Source: Mizuhopecten yessoensis (lineage: Eukaryota). From it: DNA of 64,000 nucleotides. The translations under genes were made by a program, and so were the position numbers. Shown here piece by piece: positions 1 through 10,914 of the stretch. The number at the start of each line of letters is the position of its first letter. Within the stretch, counting starts at the first letter, position 1. The stretch is from NCBI RefSeq assembly GCF_002113885.1, contig NW_018406397.1:2795716-2859715 (forward strand), read 5' to 3'. The notes beneath the pieces are model-generated. The model did no database searches. It saw only the letters and a program-made list of their open reading frames with translations, and was not told the origin of the DNA.

Positions 1-70
1 ACCTTATGTATCTAACTTGATCACTTTAGTGTATATATCTATTGACAAAAATAACCCTTCCATGACTTAC

Positions 71-3000
71 TCCAGCATTGGTTCGTAGGCCAGCGTCTTT
101 GGGATCATGAGGTGTTTCTTGAGCGCTGCCACAATCTGTGCCTACAAACAGACATCCATTACATCTCAGTTCATCATTGATCCATATTGTATCACTCAAC
201 ATGTTTTTGTAAGAAAACTGCATTGATTTTATAAATAACAGAGTACCTGTTTATCACAAACAAAGAACAATTGAATCTCATTCATCCAGTAACCTTCATT
301 CACAGATCAAATGGCTAGATGGTGAGACAGAATTACCAGATATTTTTTAACAAAAAAAACCCACATTGCTGTATAACTACAGAGCAGAAATCATAACAGG
401 GTTACCAAGAAGTCACAGACCTACCCTGGAATCAAACCGTGAGTCTGGTAAGAGGGACAACAACTTTCTGTACTGGAAACCTACTATAAATAACTATAAG
501 TATGTCACCAAAAACCACTGTCATCACATTTGGACAACATGCTTTGTAGTGGTGTCCAGATTTAAACAGCATCTTTGCATGTATCAGATAGACAGGTTGA
601 CAATCATTTATATAACAGAGCTGACAGCAGTGGAAATATAACCATTCCTATAGTCAGAATAAAATCTGTGTATCTGTGTGTATAATGTCTAAGTACCCAT
701 TCTCACCGTGATTTTACAAATTTATTTTTTTACTTTTTACCAAGCTGTAGCCTCTCCATTGCTAGTGTGCTGACATACCTCGTTATGGACCAGCTGAGTG
801 AAAGACTGGACCTGCTCACTGATCTCCTTTCTGAATTCAACTGAAACAAAACATCAATCGAAACTTTTATGATTCATGTGCTTAGAATTGTTTTTTTAGC
901 CAATTTTCAACATCCAGTAACACTATGAAAGTAGTTCAATTCAGAAGCTGCTGCCACATTTCTAATATTACATTGGTTTAGTAACATTACTTAACAACAA
1001 CAAGATATATCTATTTACATTCACATACGTCATAGATAACAATTGATGATGTTATGGGTTGAAATTTCAATTCTGTTCACCAAGTTATTTTGTTGCCATT
1101 TAACTTTCATCTTTTTTTTTAAGTAATAAGGGCAAGTTTATCCACACAGTGAACACTAAAACACAACATATATATACTGTATAGTGGCATTACCGGCACA
1201 TGTGGATGGCAAAATAAATGCTGGATGATTTATGGATTTTTTTGGCGAATGTTTGACTGGGCAAATGTTGGTAGATATACAGTCATCAAAAAACAAAATG
1301 TATTAAATTGATAAAAGTTGTACTAATGCTTCGAATTATTCATGATATAAATATAAACTTTATTTATCTTACAACAATCATGAAACCATTTTTTTCAACT
1401 TATATTTATCACTCTTGTTGGCCCGGATGTTAGCGTGTGGGGGATCTCATTGTGGGAGGAAACCGAAGTACCCGGAGAAAACCTAGTCATGTAGTTGAGT
1501 AGGTGACCATTTCGTGTACGATCAGGGAATTAAAGCCGGGGCCGCCTTGGTGAAAGGCAAGTGCACTATATCCACTGCACCACCTGACCACCCAATTATT
1601 CATATGCATGGATGCAGTCCTTTCAGGAAGAAATAAAAAATAAACAATATTGTACTTTATTTTACATACTGAAGTGAGCTGTCTGGTTGAGCTCGAGCCA
1701 TTTCTCCAATGCTTCCCCAAAGTAGGTAGAGTGTTCCTGTAAAAATAGATTGATTTATCATCATAAAACACAGACTGATCAATTAAAATACTACGGGATC
1801 ATGCTTTCTATATGTCAATTGCTAATTGTTGAACTCATTGTTCAACTAGATTAAGGAAAAGCAATTAGAAGTACGTGTAAAATCTTATCAGCATTAACAA
1901 GAGGAATATTCCCTCTTTTCAGGAAACTTTTAAAACTTACAAATTATATCCGTGTCAACAAGTAAAGCATATTAAGTTATATTTGAAAGGTTTACATATT
2001 TTCTTTCTTCATCAAACGCTTATAACAAACAAGCAAGTTAGCTTTATGGTTGACTTTGCATATTATAGTTGAAAAAAATTGTCCTTTACAACAAAAATAT
2101 TGTCAATTTTCTCTGATTTGGAGCAATACCTTATATCTCCTGATGATCAGACTTACATGACAAACGGTATGTGCTATTATAATTACTAACGTATATATGT
2201 AGCACTGTGTACATAACAAGGTGTGCTACATTGTGAACTTACCCCCGGTGTATCATCATGATGTCTTATCTTATGGATTACATCAATATTGATATCAGAA
2301 ATCCGTTCAGAAAATGTTTGGAACTGAAAAGAATAAAAGAATTCATTGATATTAAATTTATCAGAGGAAGGAGGATGAGGGTGTCTGTGTATCGGTTTGA
2401 AAGATTGCTTTGGAATATTTTTAGAAAATGAATTAATAGCAAGGATAGGTCATGTATACTTCATGTGCTATGTAAATAATTTTAAAGAAAAAAACATCAA
2501 TCAAAAAGAAATAAAACATGGACAGTATTATGAAGATAAATACAGATGGAACAATGTGTTATACAAAATCATTTAAAGGGTTAAATTTAAATGTATTCCC
2601 ATGCTCTAGGGATAGTTCATACGTGGCTATATTCACGGTCTTGCTTTTTAAAAAGTAATCTAATAGTATGTATACATTCTTTTTAATGAGACACATCGTT
2701 TGTTTTCCCTACTTGTTGTTCAATCCCATTTGGAAAAATAAATAAGGTGGTCAGGAAATTGTTCAGCTAATTAATTAATGTCAATCATGTTTAAAACGTC
2801 TAATATTGGTTTTTACTGTTACTGTAAATGTAATATATTAAAACCGACACACACAGCTGATTGCGAGGTGTTTTGTTAGTACGTGTATGTAACATAAGGA
2901 GAAAAGACCCTTGTTTAAATCACAAAAGGGTATTCACACAGGGTCGAGAAAACGATAACATGATGCTTATGCAGTGCCACATAACTATACTATGTACATA

Positions 3001-3251
3001 TTTGATTATTAAACACACATTTTCAGACCTTGAACCTGAGATGAAAACACATATCTCAAAAATGTATGCGGTAATGTAATTAGAGAATTGTCATTTAGTA
3101 AACACATACACGTGACAGGTTCTACTGGAGATTTCTGAAATCATATATAGGAGCCAAGATAAACCAACCAATATTTACAAATTTAAAATATCGTAAAAAT
3201 GTAACTTACTCTGAACGTATTCTCAGATCTATGGTACGAAGATTTCCCCAT
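71..3251 (-). CDS. UTP20: Small subunit processome component 20 homolog, 5' part; coding exons 3251-3210, 2323-2243, 1736-1670, 840-779, 141-71; continues beyond the window start
   Basis: Manual splicing at GT-AG sites with consistent phases gives MGKSSYHRSENTFR/FQTFSERISDINIDVIHKIRHHDDTPG/EHSTYFGEALEKWLELNQTAHF/IEFRKEISEQVQSFTQLVHNE/AQIVAALKKHLMIPKTLAYEPML. This matches the UTP20 N-terminus as I recall it (human ..ENTYRFLTFAERLGNVNIDIIH..YFFEGLLKWRELNLTEHF..SFNQLVYH..). Confidence 0.93.
1420..1593 (-). mobile_element. tRNA-derived SINE with V-domain-like body, in a UTP20 intron
   Basis: Reverse strand has a tRNA-like head followed by GGTTTTCTCCGGGTACTTCGGTTTCCTCCCAC; related copies lie at 33255 and 62815. 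Confidence 0.7.
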
Positions 3252-3464
3252 TTTGCGTTGATTATTTGTCAAACTCTCCAAAACTCAATCAATCGCATGT
3301 GGTACCATGGGCGCAGCCATCTTTGAATGAATCAAACATCTGCATGACACAGATGTCAAGCATTATATTGACGTCGAATAATCGTGTGTGGGTGGTGAAG
3401 TAAGGAGCTGTCAGATGTGAAGAGAAAGTAAGCAACAGCTGGAACATCATGTCTTATTCAAATG
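3252..3464. promoter_or_regulatory. Bidirectional promoter region between UTP20 (-) and the AP4B1-like gene (+), including a probable non-coding first exon on + ending at 3464
   Basis: UTP20 ATG at 3251; plus-strand donor AATG|GTAAGA at 3464/3465; YY1-like GCAGCCATCTT at about 3313-3323; CRE-like TGACGTCG at about 3369. Confidence 0.6.
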
Positions 3465-3996
3465 GTAAGACTAGTCCCGTCTTTTGTCACTTACTCAAAT
3501 TACAGAACAAACCGTTTTTGAAGTTCACCACATTGCTAAGAAACTCATGACCACCAACAAAAAAATGACCATTAGCATCATCATCTGCCCTGCCTTACAA
3601 TCTAGATATACAATAATATTTATTTAACGTCACATACCATAGACTTACAAACATTAGCTCAGTAGAGCTATTTCTGCCACACATCTTATGTCATATTTAT
3701 GCAAATGCACATTAGTGTTTTAGATATTTATAATTATAAAATTGTATTTAGTTAATTATTGGTTAATTGTAAATGGTGAAAATTCAATTTTGTGATGCAT
3801 GCGTTGTATTGTGAATCAATCACGGATTCAGTGATTGGATAAAGCACACTAAGGCTACTTTCATGTTTTTGCCAATCTGACACTTTCCATGAGTCGTGAC
3901 TGTATATGCATACATCTGAATCATGATGAAATAAAGGTCAACTGACTGATTACATATTTGAGATACAAACCCTAGTGCAGGCTAATTATCTACCAG

Positions 3997-4395
3997 TGTG
4001 GCAGACTTTAATTGTACATAGAATGTTACAGTCGCCTTCTAGCTTCGAGCTAGAGGGAATTTCCCTTTAGCTCAGTGGTAGATCGTCTGACTAGGAACCT
4101 AGGGATCGCGGGTTTGATCCCTGGTAGAAACACACTTTTCTCTTTCCTCATATAAATGGTGTCAGTGGACCTCCCTGTGGTTACAGGGAGTTAAAACCTG
4201 GGTTGTGGTGTCAAGGGTGAACACATTTAAAAAGGGGGGTGAGTAGTATGGCAGATTTTAGTAGGATTACCACCGCAAGGCTGGCTTCGAGCTAGAGTGA
4301 ATTTCCCTTTAGCTCAGTGGTAGAGCATCTGACTAGGAACCTAGGGATCGCAGGTTCAATTCCTGTAAAAGCATACTATTCTCTTTGCTGTTACA
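3997..4395 (+). mobile_element. Full-length TRIM (non-autonomous LTR element) with tRNA-like sequence in both LTRs; family A, Helenus-type
   Basis: LTR1 3997-4154 (TGTGGCAG..), AA spacer, PBS TGGTGTCAGTGG at 4157 (tRNA-Leu-like), purine tract about 4229-4246, LTR2 4247-4395 (..CTGTTACA). LTR2 has an A box TAGCTCAGTGG (4310-4320) and a B box GGTTCAATTCC (4353-4363). Flanks are CCAG/CCAA. Confidence 0.85.
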
Positions 4396-4555
4396 CCAAC
4401 AGCACATTGACACCTTTGCACATGTATATGATGAGTGTTTGTCTGGGTCCATGTACATGTATTACTGTTATGATGATTTTTTTTTCTTTTTAATGGATGT
4501 CCAGCTAAAGATTTTTAAAGTTTCAAATATATATACATGCCACCCTGGTAAAATA

Positions 4556-4604
4556 CTAGCAGCTTCCTACTGACTTGGCTAGGGAGAATTTCTCTTTAGC
4601 TCAT
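4556..4604 (+). mobile_element. Truncated family A LTR fragment
   Basis: GCTAGGGAGAATTTCTCTTTAGCTCA matches the LTR segment leading into the A box. Confidence 0.55.
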
Positions 4605-5379
4605 TATGAGGCATTGAAAAAATAATGACCTCTATTACATACACTTGCGTGTAGCATTTGTATAGGTTTGAAAGGGGTAGTATTTATGTAATAGCATCAA
4701 GATTTAACATCACTTCGATGTGCAAATATGAAACAGAATACATGTACTCAAGTTGTGTATTTAATGTTATAAAAAATGTCAGATATTGTACATGTGCAGG
4801 TAAGGAATAGCATTGCGACTTGCTCAATGTAGCATTTTTCATGGGAGTTATTTCCCTTTGAACCTAAATATTTGAGTATTTGAGGTTAGTTGAACTCTAG
4901 TATATCAGTAACATACTGTACAGGGTACACAGTGTCTTAATTGACATGGGTGGCGCAGGGGGTAACACACTCACCTTTCACCAAGGCGATTATAGTTTGA
5001 TTCTCTGATTGGACACGAAAATGTATGGGGTCACCTGCCCAAACCCACAACCCACAGTGGTTAATAAAAGTTTGAATAAGCACACAATTGTGGTAAAATA
5101 AAATGAAGTTGATATAATTGTCATGTACCCATGCACCATCTGTACATTGCACAAAGCGTTATTTCTTGCTAAGTGGTAGAGCTCCTACAAGGAGGGCATG
5201 GTTTCTTTACAATATGTCTTTTTATAACAGACTGGTGCCACTAACCAGCCTTTGTTTCAATACCTTTATGTGTTTGGTAAGGTAATATCTGAGCCTGGAT
5301 TGTAACAGTGTTGTCACGGGGACAAAGGCTTGTCATGTGTAATGGATGCATATTGTACATAGTTCCAAAGTCACCTTAA

Positions 5380-5491
5380 CTTGCTTCAGCCAGGGGGAAT
5401 TTCTCTTTAGCTCAGAGCATCAGACTAGAAAGTCTGAGGTCACTGGTTTGATCCCCAGCAGTAGCACGTACGTATCACAGTGTGTGTTACA
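5380..5491 (+). mobile_element. Diverged tRNA-containing LTR related to family A
   Basis: GGAATTTCTCTTTAGCTCAGAGCATCAGACTAGAAAGTCTGAGGTCACTGGTTTGATCCCC, ending in GTTACA. Confidence 0.6.
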
Positions 5492-5802
5492 TCCTACCAC
5501 AATAATGTTAACATTAAGACCTCCGAACCAAAACCCACAAAACAATGTAATTGTAACATTACCTGTATATCCCTGAACTGCCTGGATCCAGTACAAGTTT
5601 CTTCATAAGTTTGTGCACAGACGCTGAGTGTTCAAATCTAATATGGCTTCCCTAATACAGCCAATCATTGTGTTTCTGTTTGCAGGGGCAATTAATAACA
5701 TGACAATGAGCTTGTGTATTGTCTTGTGAAAGGAAACATATCATTTTTTGTATGAAGAAGTGACAAATTAGTAACTTGTATGACTCAAATTATAAATATA
5801 TC

Positions 5803-5959
5803 TGTGGCAGATTTTAAGTGTACTAAGGATTACTGTCGCCTTCTAGCTTCACGCTAGAGGAACTTTCCCTTTAGCTCAGTGGTAAAGCATTCGGCTAGGA
5901 AGTCTAGGATTGCAGGTTCCAACCCTGGTGGAAAGCACACTACTCTCTTTCCTGTTACA
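5803..5959 (+). mobile_element. Solo LTR of TRIM family A with a 4-bp TSD (TATC)
   Basis: TGTGGCAG...CCTGTTACA, 157 bp, with A and B boxes inside; TATC at 5799-5802 and 5960-5963. Confidence 0.88.
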
Positions 5960-6159
5960 TATCATTGAACTATAGATAGTTATAGTTATTTTGATAATAG
6001 GTAAGTGAAATATTGTATAGAAGCTTTTGACTACATGTAGGTCTGGTAAAAGGTTGCACAAACCTGTCTTGTTGTCTGGGATTGAAGTCTTAAAAATACG
6101 AGGAAGAATGCAGCAGGTCTGGCCTGTGTCCTTCTTTGATAACATGCAGGTAGTGCATT

Positions 6160-6330
6160 TCGTCAGATTCTGTTTCAATTTCAGAAGTTTCAAATCAAAT
6201 CCTAGTCAGGCCTATTGCATTTGTGTCTGAAACCAAATCTTGTTGTGATTCATAAGGCGATACCCAAACCTGGGTTGTAAATAGTGAAGTGTATAAAAAG
6301 ATTTGAAAAAGAGATCAGTTGTAGGTGACC
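6160..6330 (+). mobile_element. Degraded copy of TRIM family B (LTR end, PBS remnant, internal region)
   Basis: AAGGCGATACCCAAACCTGGGTTGTAAATAGTGA aligns with AAGGGGATACACAAACTTGGGTTGTCAATAGTGA in the 63-kb element. Confidence 0.6.
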
Positions 6331-6581
6331 TCCACTCAGATGTGACTAAGTCGCTCACTTAGTTAGACCACTACAAATAAAAGGCCAGGCTATGTTAAAA
6401 TGATCTGTTCTCTCTGTTAAGGCTTTCTAAATGTAATCAAAATAATAAAAATATTTTCAAATGTAATTATTAAATTAAAATATTTTCAAATGTAATTAAA
6501 ATGTATCTATTGTATTACAGATGATGGATGATGGCCTAAGTAAGCCCTGAATGACACGGGGGTACATCGTCCAAGTCACAG

Positions 6582-9249
6582 ATGGAAAGTATTCCTGTTG
6601 TAGACCTGACGTCACTAAGATCCAGCCTCTCCACTCTCACACTACAAAGTGATGTCCACTCCTGCAGAACAGTGCTAGCCAAGGTCAGTATCTGTCACAG
6701 AGATATCTTGTTAACTTGGTGCACAGTGAATTCTTTTATCCCTATGTAACTTTAGTAAACTCTACCATGCATTGATCTGGTTGAGTCCATTATGGTCTAC
6801 AGTGGTGAAAGGGTTAAATGAAAATTTCCAACCATGTTTGAAATTGGACATTCTTTATATCATGTTATCCTGTTGGTGTGTTATAAGGCCAAATTTTAAA
6901 AAAAACTTGTGTTTCCACTAACTCTCCCTACCATAGATTTGTGTGCCTAATCTGAAGTTGTTATAGTCCTCTAGTGATACCACTTTTAGAACTCCTGCTC
7001 TATATAAGCAGAGTAAAAGTATTTTCTAAAATAGAAATAATTGCCTGCCTATAGCTACCTGCCCTAATTTTTCTGAGGATGACAGCTGAAACTCAAGTTG
7101 TTGTTTTTTTGCCTAATACAATTATTATGTTGCTATACAGGTGACCTATCACACACATACATTATTAATTTTGTATATGATTATATTTTCTTAATTCTTT
7201 AAATCCATTCATTTAAACAAAATTGAATGTAATAGCTTGCTTACTTTGTGATATAAATATTCATCATTTCATCAAACAAATTTATAATGTTAAAAACAAA
7301 GAAATAATAAATCAAGTTGCAGTGATAGAACACTCTGTTCTTGTTCCCATTTTATTCATCCATCAATTTATATTCATGAAAATTTGGTCAAGGAACATTT
7401 AAAAATACAGTGAAACTTTAAAGCTGTGAAACTTTCTGACAGTATGGTTAACATTCCTTGACCAAATTGTGTAGGTGTTTTGTTTAACGTTACTCAATAT
7501 ATTACATTAAAAACAGTTTTTTCACATTCACAGGTGTTAAGAATTTGTGAATCATATTCAGAGCATGAAAGTCGTAAAATTAAAATCCCACAAAAAAATA
7601 CTGGACAATACCAGTAAGTTCTACAAAACTCATGAAGAATATAATTCAAACAAACAGCTACGAATAAAAAGGAAAGCAAATAAAAACCACTGAAGAACAT
7701 CACAATGTAATTAATCATTAATGTTGGCATCTTTCAGGTTCTTGCTGCGAAAACAAATGGCATGGATTTGACGGACATGATTCCAAAGATCTTGAAGCTT
7801 TTAGCTCATCCAGACCTCATAGCAAAGAAGGTTGTGTATTCTATTTTAACAGAATATGCACATCAACAGCCTGACATTGCTTTGCTGGCAATCAACACGC
7901 TAACACAGGAATGCTCGAACGGCAACCCAATGGTCCGCGGCTTGGCTTTAAAAACGGTTTGTTCACTCAATCATGACAACTTTTTCGAGTATGGTCAGAC
8001 TGCCGTCGATTCAGCCTTGAAGGACAGTAGTGCTTTTGTGAGGCGGGTCGCAGTGAACTGCTGCGGAAAGCTTCATCACAGATCCCCGAACGTCTGCCAG
8101 GAAAGTGGACTGACAGATAAACTCTACCAGATCATACGTGACCCGGACCCTATTGTAGCTGTCAATGCTGTCATGACCTTAGAGGAAATTTTGAGAGATG
8201 AAGGAGGACTTGTGGTGAATAAAAACATCTCCCATTATCTGCTGAACAAGCTAGAGAGCCTGACTCCGTGGGGACAGATATACATAATGAACGTCTTAGT
8301 CAGATACACGCCCAAGTCAGAGGACGAAACTTTTGATATTCTGAATGTTTTGGATAAATATTTAACCCACAACAGTTGTAGTGTGTCTCTAGCTTGTTTG
8401 AAATTATTTAGTCACCTTACCAAAAATCTCCCTCATTTAAGAGAAGAAGTATTAAAGAGAAGTCTTACTGGAATCTGTTCCGTTTTAACATCAGGGAATC
8501 ACGAACTTGTATATTGTGTCATTGAAGTTTTGGAAGAGTTTTTGAAGGAGGCAGGTGGTGTCATATCATGTCAATATAAAAATATATTCTGTAAGTACAA
8601 AGAGCCTGTCTATCTGAAACAGAAGAAAATTGACATGTTACCGTCGCTTGTTACGGAAGATAACGGAAGTGAGATTTTAGACGAACTCTGCCTGTATACA
8701 ACCGATTCCTCCAAGTCTGTATCACTTAGTGCTATCACTGCCATGGGAACAGTGACCATGGTTCAACCCTCCGCCATCAAATACTGCTTCACCAAATTCA
8801 AGCATCTGATTGAGACAGATGTGGCGTACATTTTATCCAACACACTCCAAGTCTTACAGCGTATAGACATGCGCCACATGGAGGAATTCACTGACCTTGT
8901 CAACCTGATCACCACCAAAATTGACCTGCTCCAAGACGACGCTGGTAGATGTGCCTTCCTGGCAATACTTGGCCGGTACGGAGACAAAATTACAGATAGT
9001 CCGTATGTCCTGGAAGATTTCCTGGAAATGTTTGATGAAGACAACATTATGAGTCCCCTTGTACAGCTATACGTGTTGACAACTGCTGTACAGATGTTTT
9101 ACCATCACCCCGGAGTTTGTCAGGGAATGCTCGGCGAGGTCCTGGAGACGTGTGCTGCCTCCTCGAACAAAACTGTACATGACCAGGCCGTATTATACTA
9201 TACACTGATGGCTACTGATGTTAACGCAGCCAAAGAAATCCTCATGTGA
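6582..9249 (+). CDS. AP4B1: AP-4 complex subunit beta-1-like adaptin, trunk only; exons 6582-6683 and 7738-9249; 537 aa
   Basis: Motifs ALLAINTL, NPMVRGLAL, VRRVAV, RDPDPIV, EGGLVVNK, FDILNVLD, PYVLEDF and CQGMLG are colinear with AP4B1. The upstream exon MESIPVVDL..VLAK joins in phase 0 (AAG|GTCAGT .. TTTCAG|GTT). Orthologue versus paralogue is not resolved. Confidence 0.85.
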
Positions 9250-9761
9250 TCCTCCAATACTGCTACACTGACAACCTGTACTACCTACAATAAAACTTTG
9301 AGTGTGATGTCCAATATATTGTGATCAACAGCTGCCAAAAATCAAATTTTATTATGATGCTTTTACATAGGTCACCTGATGACAACCGACAACTGCCACA
9401 GATCAAATTCTCATCAGCCACAATGAATGTCTGATGTCATTCCCTAACAAACAGGAAGTGATTTCATTGGCTAAACAAGGTTCACCTTGACCGCCCTGAC
9501 ACATGACCTTACGACTCCCTGTTCAGATATTGTATTACCGAACGGTAATCATAATTACCTATACCCTGAGTACATACTGTACATTAACACTTAGCTACCT
9601 CCTGTCTAGTGGTAAAATCTAAGTTGTATCACCAAAACAATGCCTTGTAGAAGTTTGATATCTCTAGCTGTGTATAACAAAGGGCATGATTAAAGGGAAA
9701 ACTACATGTATCTCTGTTTAATATTATTTTATTAATAACAATATTAATTTTACAACCTATA

Positions 9762-9977
9762 TACTGTATGCTGGGAAATTTTCGGTGCCATTTAATTTTC
9801 ACCTTTTTCACCCTTCTTAATGAAGGCAAATTTCTCATCAGTAACAGAGAATAATTGTAAACACCATGATATAAATAGTAATTAAATTTGAAGGGCAAAA
9901 TTAATATTGGGTGAAAATCGATTTTACCATTGAAGCTCGAAAATTTGACACGACAAAAAATTCTCCATATATACAGT
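9762..9977. mobile_element. MITE with TACTGTA..TACAGT ends; related copy at 53615-53816
   Basis: Imperfect terminal inverted repeats ACTGTATGCTGGGAAATTTT / AAAATTCTCCATATATACAGT. Confidence 0.5.
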
Positions 9978-10285
9978 TCACTAAACTTGGTGATAGATCG
10001 TAAAGTAACCGTTCTTCAAATGTGGTGACAGTCGCAAATTTGGAGTTACACAACTATTTCAACGACCGTTTGGTATATTTTCGTCAAACATGATCGCTAA
10101 AATGTATCAAATGTGGTCGTTTAACATAATTTTTGGGCAAGTATTGGACGGTCGCTGGTCGTGTTAGACAGATGGTCGCTTAATACAGTTAAATTACATA
10201 GTAAAAACGGTCGGGAGGAATGAAAAGTGGTCGCATAAAACAGATGGTCGTTTAATAGATGGTTGCTTGAGCAAATTCGACTGTA
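9975..10285. mobile_element. Tc1/mariner-type non-autonomous element; related left end at 14054-14180
   Basis: Right end GCTTGAGCAAATTCGACTGTA with repeated AGATGGTCGC subterminal motifs. Confidence 0.5.
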
Positions 10286-10914
10286 CTGTAATTATTATAC
10301 ATCTTGCAGCTAGTTATAACATGAGCTAGAAACAAGTGGTAAAATAAATAAGGGATCAGACATACATATTGTTTTTTTATAAGATTTTAAAATCCACTTT
10401 GTACACCTTCAATATTTGTGACCTCGTTGATTGTATTATGTATGTACCTTCAATGGTTGTTATCTGTTAAAGTAAATAAGGCTGTTTTGTAGAAAATGGG
10501 ATTAATTCATATTGAGAATCAATATGATCCCTGTATTAAGTTTTTAGTGTTATAGATGGATTTCATATGATTTCCAGTCTCGTTAAGCATTATTGACAGG
10601 TTTCTAGCTGTAATGCATCAAAAATGTTATGTAACATACAAACTGTTTGATTATATGAAGCTTGAGTTTTGATATACCTCAAAATCTTATCCCAACAGCA
10701 ACTAACAACTAACAAGCAAAATTGCATTACTGCTTCACATTTTATAAGCATATTAAGATGGGTTTGCTTTAAATCAAGGGTTTTCAGGTTTTAAACTTGT
10801 CCAGATGTGTACAGTCAGTATACATATCCACAACTGTATCTATTAAATTTCTGTTAATCAAATGAGTGTAAATACATGTATATGACAGGTGAATATTTAA
10901 ATCTTACTCTTTAC

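Noticed and set aside
26-223. 65-aa minus-strand ORF from the track
   Set aside because: Wrong frame; the real UTP20 exon (141-71) is read in another frame.
142-3209. Intronic snoRNAs in UTP20
   Set aside because: No convincing C/D or H/ACA box pair with a terminal stem was found by eye.
3449-3464. ATG at 3449 as the adaptin start codon
   Set aside because: Splicing to 6521 reaches a TGA after 8 codons; the homologous frame begins at 6582.
4062-5940. Functional tRNA gene cluster
   Set aside because: Acceptor and anticodon stems pair poorly and differ between copies; each unit sits inside an LTR.
8763-9047. Antisense ORF inside the adaptin exon (likewise 31194-31541, 39026-39405, 41853-42080)
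   Set aside because: Antisense shadows of real coding exons with no independent support.
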